32,000 nt of DNA, from positions 831,478 to 863,477 of the forward strand of contig JBAMOY010000001.1 in NCBI GenBank assembly GCA_037071015.1, read 5' to 3'. The notes under the pieces are model-generated. The model made no database searches, was not told where the DNA came from, and was given only the letters and a program-made list of their open reading frames with translations. Both the position numbers and the translations under genes were made by a program. The DNA comes from Bacilli bacterium (GTDB taxonomy: Bacteria; Bacillota_I; Bacilli_A; RF39; UBA660). Each line of letters opens with the position of its first letter. The stretch's first letter is position 1. Positions 9,453 to 16,925 of the stretch are shown in pieces.

Positions 9453-9524
9453 CTGGACGACCACAACCATTGCGTTTTGGACATTATTGTTGTTTCTATT
9501 TCCATTATTCTAGACGACGCGGGC
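9453..9524 (-). repeat. DGR variable repeat (VR) copy inside the target gene, currently identical to the TR at all adenines
   Basis: The 72 nt match 11050..11122 (73 nt) exactly except for one base in a homopolymer. The target frame is AAY-rich: AAT AAT GGA AAT AGA AAC AAC AAT AAT. Confidence 0.85.
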
Positions 9525-9731
9525 GTCATTATCGTTATCATCAGTTTTAGTCCAATAATAACCGGTACGGTCTTTTAAAGAACTACTTCCGTCTAGATAA
9601 TAATCTCCAACATATCCTCCTAACAATATTGAAAAATCAGTTAATGCTGCTTTAGTACCACGCTTTTTTATAATACTTAAAGCATTATTGCCAAATAACT
9701 GTTCTTCTGTTAAAAAAGTAAAGTTATTCAT
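9510..9731 (-). CDS. N-terminal fragment of the DGR target (ligand-binding module up to the VR), ended by the TR-derived TAG
   Basis: Good AAGGTGA RBS. FLTEEQL...KAALTDFSILLGG...GYYWTKT...ARVV resembles the WWLRS...V...G...VRPA-type lectin-like modules. The ORF ends at TAG 9510..9512, inside the repeat shared with the TR. Confidence 0.75.
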   Translation of the reverse strand: MNNFTFLTEEQLFGNNALSIIKKRGTKAALTDFSILLGGYVGDYYLDGSSSLKDRTGYYWTKTDDNDNDARVV

Positions 9732-9811
9732 AAGTAATCACCTTTAATATAATATCATATTTTTTTTAACTTTTAAATACATAAACATTTTGTTAATATT
9801 ATAAAACCCTA

Positions 9812-10828
9812 TTACGGTTTAACCTTTTCCTTTAAAATTTGGTTCTCATCGGTATTTTTAATTCGATTATAAAAAGCGTTTTTACGTTCATAAACATAAA
9901 TATCATCAACTAACCCTTTAGTTTTTAAATGATTTAAATTTTTAATATGTTTTTTCATTCTAATTTTTGATGATGAACGTAATTTAGTAATTATTTTACC
10001 TTCAGTAGTTAAAATGTGACGATAACCTAAAAAATCTATTCCATTTTTAACCATCCCAATTTGTGTTTTTTGATTTAATAATAGATGAAGATCATCATGA
10101 CAAATACGTCTAATTTCATACAAACATTTTTTTAAATACTCTTTATCATGATGAATCAAAATCATATCATCCATATATCGAATATAACTTTTAACTTTTA
10201 AAACCTCTTTAATATAACGATCAACACTATTCAAATATAAAAGCGCAAACCATTGACTGGATTGATTACCAAGTGGAAGTCCTTTATCAACTTTATTCGG
10301 TTGTTCTAAAATAACCTTTTTCATAAACCACATTTCATCATTTGAAAAATTAAGCTGTTTTAAAAGATTGATTAAAACTTGATGATTAATACTATCAAAA
10401 TATTTAGTCACATCGCATTTTAAAAAATAAATATTATTATTGCCACAAGAACGATATTCACGTTGTAAAAACATTCGAAGACGTTTAATAGCGAAGCTTG
10501 AACCCTTATTTTTACGACAAGCAGCATTATCATATATTAACTTATTTTCAACTCTAGGACGTAAAATATGATTACAAAAACATTTAATTACAACGCGATC
10601 TTTAAATGGTAATGCTTCAATTACTCTCTTTTTAGGTTCAAATATTAAAAATTGACGATAAGACCCTAAACAATACTTTTTTGAACATAAAGATTTTCTT
10701 AATTTGGAAATATTTAATGATAAATTAGTTTCAAATCTTATAACTTCCCCTTTATGTTGTTTAGCTTTGCGACAATCTCTATAAGCATCATACAGGTTCT
10801 CAAAAGTAAAAATATCCTCTAATAACAT
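9812..10828 (-). CDS. DGR-type reverse transcriptase
   Basis: RT motifs CDVTKYFDSINH, LGNQSSQ (10253..10273; this is the [I/L]GxxxSQ signature seen in DGR RTs, where group II and retron RTs have QGxxxSP), YMDD (10166..10177) and IDFLGYR. I prefer ATG 10828 (MLLEDIF) behind a GAGGGTGAG RBS over the TTG at 10846. Confidence 0.9.
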   Translation of the reverse strand: MLLEDIFTFENLYDAYRDCRKAKQHKGEVIRFETNLSLNISKLRKSLCSKKYCLGSYRQFLIFEPKKRVIEALPFKDRVVIKCFCNHILRPRVENKLIYDNAACRKNKGSSFAIKRLRMFLQREYRSCGNNNIYFLKCDVTKYFDSINHQVLINLLKQLNFSNDEMWFMKKVILEQPNKVDKGLPLGNQSSQWFALLYLNSVDRYIKEVLKVKSYIRYMDDMILIHHDKEYLKKCLYEIRRICHDDLHLLLNQKTQIGMVKNGIDFLGYRHILTTEGKIITKLRSSSKIRMKKHIKNLNHLKTKGLVDDIYVYERKNAFYNRIKNTDENQILKEKVKP

Positions 10829-10846
10829 AAACTCACCCTCTAACAA

Positions 10847-11122
10847 AAAACACCCCTAATAACGCCCAAAAAATAGTTTCCTATTCGTTGCTTGTGTAGG
10901 TGTTTATGTTCTTCCACCGCACTAATTAACTCTTAGCGGTTAGAAAAGAGAAAAGTTCCTTCACTCTATAGTACTGATATATTCATCTTAGAATATATTT
11001 CTCTGACCTGTTTTCTAGATTCACATAGCAAATCTCTTCAAAAGTGAATCTGGACGACCACAACCATTGCGTTTTTGGACATTATTGTTGTTTCTATTTC
11101 CATTATTCTAGACGACGCGGGC
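10847..11122 (-). ncRNA. DGR template RNA: TR plus the spacer leading into the RT gene
   Basis: A non-coding 276-nt stretch between avd and the RT holds the TR, followed by a stem-loop-rich spacer (for example CCGCUAA...UUAGUGCGG). In characterised DGRs the TR-spacer RNA is both template and primer for the RT. Confidence 0.65.
11050..11122 (-). repeat. DGR template repeat (TR)
   Basis: The 73-nt copy of the VR lies in non-coding DNA between avd and the RT. It has 26 adenines on the coding strand, 8 AAY codons in the target frame, and one TAG. Confidence 0.85.
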
Positions 11123-11191
11123 CCAAAAGGCCAAGACTTGAAGACACGCCACAGAAAATTTAACTTTTCCCTTAATTAAAAGTTTTTCAAC

Positions 11192-11785
11192 TTAAAATCC
11201 TTTTTTAGTATTTTTCCATCTTTCATCATCACTTTTTTTCCATGCTACAATCAAATTGATAGCTTCTGCTAATTGCAAAGAAATTTGTTTATATTGCTTC
11301 TTTAATATGCAACCACTATTTTCGGCCAACATAGCGACATAACCAAGAAGCTTCAATTTCACAATTGCTTCTTTTTGTAAATTTTCCCGTTTCGTTTTAT
11401 TTTCTAAACAATCCATTCGAATATAATTTGCTTTAAGAAGATCTTCTAAAGCATCTAGACAAAAGTTTTGCATTCTATTGACAAAGACTCCACGAAATCT
11501 TTTTGGTGATTTTTCTGTTACAGCAATGACATAAGCTCCCAATTTCTTTACAACAGTAATAACTACTAAATCATTTGCATTAAAAGGAATTCTAAATATT
11601 TTATCTAATTCTACATTATCCTTTTCTACTTCTTGCTTAATCTTGTCTTTTTTAAATACCTCATGTTTAGTAATAGCATCCGCTTCCTTAATGGCTACTA
11701 TATCAGAAACAGTATTAATTTGTTCAGCTTTACATACAATTTTTTTAGGTATTTTCAAATTATTATCCCTACTCACTTGTAACAT
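11192..11785 (-). CDS. avd: Avd-like accessory variability determinant (four-helix-bundle / 23S rRNA IVS-protein family) with an N-terminal extension of about 60 aa
   Basis: The C-terminal ~130 aa has KSPKRFRGVFVNRMQNFCLDALEDLLKAN ... ISLQLAEAINLIVAWKKS, which fits the typical Avd pattern, and it lies immediately upstream of the TR. The start codon is uncertain. Confidence 0.7.
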   Translation of the reverse strand: MLQVSRDNNLKIPKKIVCKAEQINTVSDIVAIKEADAITKHEVFKKDKIKQEVEKDNVELDKIFRIPFNANDLVVITVVKKLGAYVIAVTEKSPKRFRGVFVNRMQNFCLDALEDLLKANYIRMDCLENKTKRENLQKEAIVKLKLLGYVAMLAENSGCILKKQYKQISLQLAEAINLIVAWKKSDDERWKNTKKGF

Positions 11786-11804
11786 ATTAAATCAATTCCT
11801 TACT

Positions 11805-11837
11805 ACTAAAAGAAGACACTAGTAATTAAGTGTCTTC
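11805..11837 (-). terminator. Rho-independent terminator-like hairpin downstream of valS
   Basis: Minus strand GAAGACACU-UAAUUACU-AGUGUCUUC (perfect 9-bp stem) followed by UUUUAGUAG. Confidence 0.7.
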
Positions 11838-11976
11838 CAATATTAAAATTTTGATACTACTTATTACTACAAACTTCTATTTAACCAAATATTCTCTTAG
11901 TTAACTTTATTATAACATAATTTATAACATTTCAAATTTTATTTCTCATTATATAGAAAAAATAATGGATAACCCA

Positions 11977-14505
11977 TTATTTTCCTTCTAATGTTTTCAA
12001 CAATTCTTCTTCGCTCGCTAAAGTTTCTCGTTCCTTTTCGACTAAAGCTTGTGGCGCCTTGTTAACGTAATTAACATTTGCTAATAAATTTTTTCTTCTA
12101 GCAATAGAATTTTTTAAATCATTAATCTGTTTTTCCTTTAATTTTAATTCCTCTTCTGTTATAACTTTCTCAAAATATATAGTCATATCATAAACACCAC
12201 TTAAAACATTATATGAATTAAGGTTTAAATCTTGTGTAATTAAAGAATCTTTCAATTTCAACATCTTAATAATTAAACTATAATCCTCATGGTTATTTAA
12301 TTTTACTTTAGCTTCTTTAGTAATATTATTTTCAGCTTTAATATTTCTAAATAAACGAATAAAATCAATTTGATTATCGACAATTTTTTCTTCTTCCTTA
12401 AATAATAATTCTTTATTATATTCTGGGTATCTACTTACCATTATAGCTTCACTATCTTTAATTGGTAATTGATTATATAATTCATCAGTTACAAATGGCA
12501 TAAATGGTTGTAGCATCTTTAATATTCCCGTTAAAACATATGTTAATGTCGATTTAGTAGAAGCACTATCCAAACTAAACTTAGCCATTTCAATGTAATT
12601 ATCACAGAAACAATTCCATGTAAAGGCATAAATACTATTACCGGCATTGTTAAATTCATATTTATCCATAAACTTAGTTACTTCTTTGACTGTTTCTTCA
12701 TATTTAGTTAATATCCATTTGTCTTCTAATTTTAAATTTTCCGATTTAATTTCTTTTAAGCCTTCTATATTAAGAAGAACAAACCTAGAAGCATTCCATA
12801 ATTTATTAATAAAATTCCATGTGGCCTTAATTTTCTCTTCATCAAACTTTATATCTGTTCCATTTGCTGCTGTAGTTGTTAAATAATAACGCAAAGAATC
12901 AGCACCATATAACTGACACATATCCATTGGATCAACACCGTTACCCAACGATTTAGAAAATTTTCTTCCTTGCTTATCACGGATTAAACCATGAATTAAA
13001 CAATCTTTAAACGGTCTTTCCCCAGTAAATTCTAGTCCCTGGAAAGTCATTCTATTAACCCAAAAAGGTATAATATCATATCCAGTTACTAAGCAATTAT
13101 TAGGATAATATCTTTCCATATCCTCCGTGTTATTAGGCCAACCTAGAGTTGAAAAAGGCCATAATGCACTTGAGAACCAAGTGTCTAATACATCACTATC
13201 TTGTACCCATCCTTCTTCATTAGGGGCTTCCATACCACAGTAAATTTCTTCACCTTTATACCAAACAGGTATTCTATGTCCCCACCATAATTGGCGAGAA
13301 ATACACCAATCATAAGTTATTTCCATCCAATGATTCATAATCTTTTCATACCTAGCAGGAACAAAATTTACTTTCGTATCCCTATTTTTTTGATTTTCTA
13401 AAACCCGATCAGCAAGGGGACGCATTTTTACAAACCATTGTTTAGATAAATATGGTTCTATCATCGCATTACTTCTTTCAGAATGACCAACCGAATGTGT
13501 CATTTCTTCAATGTTTATTAATAAATCTTGTTCTTTTAAATCTTTTAATAACTCTTCCCGGCAAACTTCTCTTGACATCCCCTCATATTTACCAGCATTA
13601 GCATTCATAGTAGCATCAGCATTCATTACCACTATTCGCTCTAAGTTATGTCTATTACCAACCTCAAAATCGTTAGGATCATGAGCTGGCGTTATTTTAA
13701 CGACACCGGTACCAAATTCAGGATCGGCATGTTCGTCCCCTACGATTGGAATTAACTTATTTACAATTGGCAATATTACCTTTTTGCCAATTAGATGCTT
13801 ATATCTCTCATCGTTAGGATTAACAGCTACTGCCGTATCTCCAAATAGAGTTTCTGGACGAGTTGTCGCCACATCTAAATAATCATTAGTTCCCTCAATA
13901 AAATATTTAATATGATAAAAAGCTCCTTTAACATCCCTATAAATAACTTCTTCGGTAGAAAGAGCCGTCATTTGAACAGGATCCCAATTTATAATTCTTT
14001 CACCACGATAAATTAACCCTTTATTATATAAATCCACAAAAACTTTTCTAACCGCATAGTTAAGCCCTTCATCTAAAGTAAATCTTTCTTTAGAATAATC
14101 TAATGACAATCCAAGCTCGGCCCATTGTTGATGAATAGAATCAGCATATTCCTGTTTCCAACTCCAAGCATGTTCTAACCATTCTTCCCTTGTTAAACTA
14201 CGTGGATTAATCCCTTCACTTCGCAATCTAGCATCTACTTTAGCCTGCGTAGCAATCCCGGCATGGTCCATCCCTGGTAACCATAGACAATCATATCCTT
14301 GCATTCTTTTGAACCTTATAATTATATCTTGAAGCGCCGTATCCCAAGCATGGCCTAAATGTAACTTACCTGTTACATTAGGAGGAGGTATAACTATACA
14401 ATATGGTTTCTTTGTCTTATCACCGCAACTAAAATAACCTTTATTTTTCCATACATCATATTTACCTTTTTCTACATTTAAATGATTATACTTATTTTCT
14501 AACAT
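11977..14505 (-). CDS. valS: Valine--tRNA ligase
   Basis: [15 protein letters not shown] (HIGH), KFSKSLGN (KMSKS), [18 protein letters not shown], and a C-terminal coiled coil. Confidence 0.95.
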   Translation of the reverse strand: MLENKYNHLNVEKGKYDVWKNKGYFSCGDKTKKPYCIVIPPPNVTGKLHLGHAWDTALQDIIIRFKRMQGYDCLWLPGMDHAGIATQAKVDARLRSEGINPRSLTREEWLEHAWSWKQEYADSIHQQWAELGLSLDYSKERFTLDEGLNYAVRKVFVDLYNKGLIYRGERIINWDPVQMTALSTEEVIYRDVKGAFYHIKYFIEGTNDYLDVATTRPETLFGDTAVAVNPNDERYKHLIGKKVILPIVNKLIPIVGDEHADPEFGTGVVKITPAHDPNDFEVGNRHNLERIVVMNADATMNANAGKYEGMSREVCREELLKDLKEQDLLINIEEMTHSVGHSERSNAMIEPYLSKQWFVKMRPLADRVLENQKNRDTKVNFVPARYEKIMNHWMEITYDWCISRQLWWGHRIPVWYKGEEIYCGMEAPNEEGWVQDSDVLDTWFSSALWPFSTLGWPNNTEDMERYYPNNCLVTGYDIIPFWVNRMTFQGLEFTGERPFKDCLIHGLIRDKQGRKFSKSLGNGVDPMDMCQLYGADSLRYYLTTTAANGTDIKFDEEKIKATWNFINKLWNASRFVLLNIEGLKEIKSENLKLEDKWILTKYEETVKEVTKFMDKYEFNNAGNSIYAFTWNCFCDNYIEMAKFSLDSASTKSTLTYVLTGILKMLQPFMPFVTDELYNQLPIKDSEAIMVSRYPEYNKELLFKEEEKIVDNQIDFIRLFRNIKAENNITKEAKVKLNNHEDYSLIIKMLKLKDSLITQDLNLNSYNVLSGVYDMTIYFEKVITEEELKLKEKQINDLKNSIARRKNLLANVNYVNKAPQALVEKERETLASEEELLKTLEGK

Positions 14506-14517
14506 AAAATCATCTCC

Positions 14518-15174
14518 TTAATTATTCCCATTTATAATACTTTCATATTTTTTTCTATTAACTTTTTGAATATCATCAATTAATTCCATAAAAATCTCAT
14601 CATTTTGATATTTAGGTTTATCAAACTCTATCCAAAAATCACTCGCATCTTTAGACTTTTGATCAATTTCATCAGCGCGATCGCCATAGTATTTTAAATC
14701 TTCACGAGTTTTATCATAATCCATAACGCCCTCTAAATCATACAATTTAGCTTGAAAATCACATTCAATTTTATCAATCATATAACAAAATTTTGCTTCG
14801 GCTGTTTTTCGCTCATTAAATTCATTTAATAAAGTTTCTATTTCCTCTTGTCTAAACAAACCATATGTTACATAATTAACAAACTCTTTACCCAACTCTA
14901 TCTTCTGTTCTGGCGTTATACTTGATCTAACGGTATAATCAGGCATAATAATTTCTTCCGTTTCATGCAAAATCAACATTTTAAGGACCCTATACATATC
15001 CAAATTTAACGACTTTTCACTATCTATTGCAATGGCAAGGATAAGTGTACCATAAATATGCTCAGCAACACTTTCTATTCTCTCCTTTTCTATACCAATT
15101 TCTAACCAGCCACTTCTAATCTTTTGTTTTAAAGTATTTGCCAATACATAAAATCTTATAATATTATTATTCAT
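14518..15174 (-). CDS. HD-domain phosphohydrolase (YfbR / 5'-deoxynucleotidase-like)
   Basis: ESVAEHIYGT...LILHETEEIIMPDYT fits the HD_3-type pattern, with HE in place of HD. It is the first gene behind the T-box leader and lies 12 nt upstream of valS. Confidence 0.65.
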   Translation of the reverse strand: MNNNIIRFYVLANTLKQKIRSGWLEIGIEKERIESVAEHIYGTLILAIAIDSEKSLNLDMYRVLKMLILHETEEIIMPDYTVRSSITPEQKIELGKEFVNYVTYGLFRQEEIETLLNEFNERKTAEAKFCYMIDKIECDFQAKLYDLEGVMDYDKTREDLKYYGDRADEIDQKSKDASDFWIEFDKPKYQNDEIFMELIDDIQKVNRKKYESIINGNN

Positions 15175-15181
15175 AAACCCT

Positions 15182-15440
15182 CCTTTAAATAAAAAAAACG
15201 TCCTATATAAGGACGTGATTAACGTGGTACCACCTTAGTTTATGCATAAAAATGCACCTCAAATATTTAACGCATACATACGTAATATCTTACTAATTTC
15301 GGATATTAAACTCCCTTGCTACCTTCAATAATTCATATTATTAGTTCGCATCAACCACTAACTTTCTTAAAATATAAAATTATTTACTCCTCAAGTTCTA
15401 AGTTTTTAAATATTATAACCCATTTTATTTCTTTTGACAA
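15182..15440 (-). promoter_or_regulatory. T-box riboswitch leader with a sigma-A-type promoter, controlling the HD-domain gene and valS
   Basis: Promoter TTGTCA (15435..15440), 17-nt spacer, TATAAT (15412..15417). Conserved T-box sequence AAGGUGGUACCACG (15223..15236) overlaps the terminator CACGUCC-UUAUAUA-GGACGU plus U8 (15190..15217). Confidence 0.85.
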
Positions 15441-15446
15441 CTATTT

Positions 15447-16487
15447 TTATAATGTCTTATCACTAAAAATATTCAAGGATGCTCCCATTAAAATATCATT
15501 ATTATTAGGGTAATCCCCACTTTCTATTTTGTCCATAATTGATTTATTATAATTATTTACAATGTTTTGATAACTTTCTATTCCGATCCTTTTGATCATA
15601 TTAATCAATATATTTATAGCTTTTTGATCATAGTAACTAGCTCTAGATAAATACTGTATTTCTTCTTTGTTATCCATAACATCCCCATATATAGTACTAT
15701 ATAAATATGTATAAAAATTTTCAGCATATTTTTGCCATAATATTACTGTTTTCTCATCGTCACTGGCATAATTTTCTGAATAACAATGTTTATCTTCTGG
15801 ATATCCCTTTTTACTAATAAAATCTCTTATCATTCTTGAAGTACACGAATCAATAATATAATCCTTACCTATTAATTCAGGAACAATTCCCATTTTAGTT
15901 AACACCATGTCAACAGCCTGTTTTTGCTCTCCTCTATAAAATATAATTTGCTTAGAATCGATATCCAGATCTAAGCATTTTTGCGCATATTTTTCATCTA
16001 CTAAAATAATCGCCTCACTAGACAGTCTCAAACCTTCCTTAAAGTAAGTATCTTCTCCCCTTACAGCCAAAATATTTTCATCATTTTCATGGTATTTAAA
16101 TGGCTCAATAATAACAAAAGGATTACCCTCAAAATCACCTTGCATATGAGACGATACAATCCCATTTAAACAAAAGTGTACACTAGATCGATATTGCGTA
16201 GATAATGGTGTTAAAGATCTAACCAAATCCTTCCTATCATCCCAGGTTAATCCCTGTTCTTCTAAAATTTGATCAACGGCTACATGAGAAACATCGTTCA
16301 TCCTTTCGACAAATGGAACATTTGAAATAGCTGAAACAAATCCATTCTTTGGTAAATATGAAGTTACCCTTACCAATGCAATATCGGAAGCTAAATACTC
16401 ACCTTTTTGCAATTTTTCCTCCGTTAATTTTTCCTTCAAATATTCGAATTCTTGTAATTGAGTTGAATTAGTAGTATCTATTAACAT
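15447..16487 (-). CDS. Hypothetical protein
   Basis: Long ORF with a plausible TTGATA / TATAAT promoter upstream. I recognised no family motif. Confidence 0.6.
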   Translation of the reverse strand: MLIDTTNSTQLQEFEYLKEKLTEEKLQKGEYLASDIALVRVTSYLPKNGFVSAISNVPFVERMNDVSHVAVDQILEEQGLTWDDRKDLVRSLTPLSTQYRSSVHFCLNGIVSSHMQGDFEGNPFVIIEPFKYHENDENILAVRGEDTYFKEGLRLSSEAIILVDEKYAQKCLDLDIDSKQIIFYRGEQKQAVDMVLTKMGIVPELIGKDYIIDSCTSRMIRDFISKKGYPEDKHCYSENYASDDEKTVILWQKYAENFYTYLYSTIYGDVMDNKEEIQYLSRASYYDQKAINILINMIKRIGIESYQNIVNNYNKSIMDKIESGDYPNNNDILMGASLNIFSDKTL

Positions 16488-16533
16488 ATTATCACCTATT
16501 ATAAATTATACACACTATCAATAAATCATACAA

Positions 16534-16566
16534 TAAAAAATAGTACCAACTATATAAGTTAGTACT
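16534..16566 (-). terminator. Rho-independent terminator
   Basis: Minus strand AGUACUAAC-UUAUAUA-GUUGGUACU (9 bp including one G-U pair) followed by AUUUUUUAUU. Confidence 0.6.
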
Positions 16567-16692
16567 AAAACTAATCTTTTAAAGAAAATCCCTAACTCTA
16601 CAAAACCAGGTCTTTCTTTTTTATCTTATACAAATGCACTTGACATATTATTTACTACGATTCTCAAATTCGAATTACTGTTTTTAATTTAA

Positions 16693-16866
16693 TCATGACT
16701 GCGTTATATCATTAATGTTATTATAGGCATCATTACGCATCTTATCTAAAATATTTTTACGACTTCCCATCATCGCTAGTAGAGCAACAATTAAAATTAA
16801 AAATAATATCAAAGCTAAGTACAATACACTAGAAATAGCAAATCCCTTATTATTCAAATGCATCAT
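16693..16866 (-). CDS. Small (57 aa) membrane protein with a pilin-like class III signal-like N-terminus (not in the ORF track)
   Basis: My own translation is MMHLNNKGFAISSVLYLALILFLILIVALLAMMGSRKNILDKMRNDAYNNINDITQS. A GAGGATG RBS lies about 5 nt upstream and the stop is TGA at 16693..16695. KGF followed by a hydrophobic helix echoes the KGFTLIE of the 128-aa pilin, but Glu+5 is missing. Confidence 0.4.
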   Translation of the reverse strand: MMHLNNKGFAISSVLYLALILFLILIVALLAMMGSRKNILDKMRNDAYNNINDITQS

Positions 16867-16925
16867 ATCACATCCTCTATCATACCCTTATTATATAATA
16901 AACCGCGACCAAATACAACTTAAAA

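Larger units (their letters stand above)
7789..9731 (-). pseudogene. Reconstructed DGR target gene (647 codons), interrupted by one in-frame TAG and a 1-nt deficit in an A-run
   Basis: The 9510..9731 frame and the 7789..9411 frame differ by exactly one nucleotide. The TR copy has A5 (plus-strand T5 at 11072..11076) where the VR has A4 (9475..9478). Inserting one A joins the frames with no further stops: ...ARVV*NNGNRNNNNVQKRNGCGRPALPYSSIFSISTNVVSRRANDG... Confidence 0.7.
9453..11785 (-). mobile_element. Diversity-generating retroelement cassette, order avd - TR - spacer - RT - target VR
   Basis: A DGR-clade RT, an Avd-like gene and a TR/VR pair with AAY codons are all co-oriented. Confidence 0.85.

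Noticed and set aside
9411-9512. Programmed frameshifting, stop-codon readthrough, or an alternative genetic code to explain the split target
   Set aside because: TAG and TGA both act as ordinary stops elsewhere in the window (for example TAG at 1687 and 7391, and TGA at 7789 with an ATGA coupling). Trp is encoded by TGG throughout. I saw no slippery heptamer or downstream pseudoknot. The lesions coincide exactly with TR-derived sequence, which is the simpler explanation.
9453-11122. The 72/73-nt direct repeats as target-site duplications or att sites flanking an inserted mobile element
   Set aside because: They are far too long for a target-site duplication, and no recombinase or transposase lies between them. 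The repeat is in frame with the flanking ORFs, and restoring one base re-joins a single gene. Deleting the interval would not recreate a plausible uninterrupted locus, because avd lies outside it.
9812-11190. Retron (msr/msd upstream of the RT) or group II intron as the explanation for the reverse transcriptase
   Set aside because: The RT has LGNQSSQ rather than the QGxxxSP-type motif. It has no maturase/X or endonuclease domain. I saw no intron domain V/VI-like structure and no flanking a1/a2 inverted repeats. Instead there is a long direct repeat, with one copy in an AAY-rich coding frame, plus an Avd-like gene. That is the DGR configuration.
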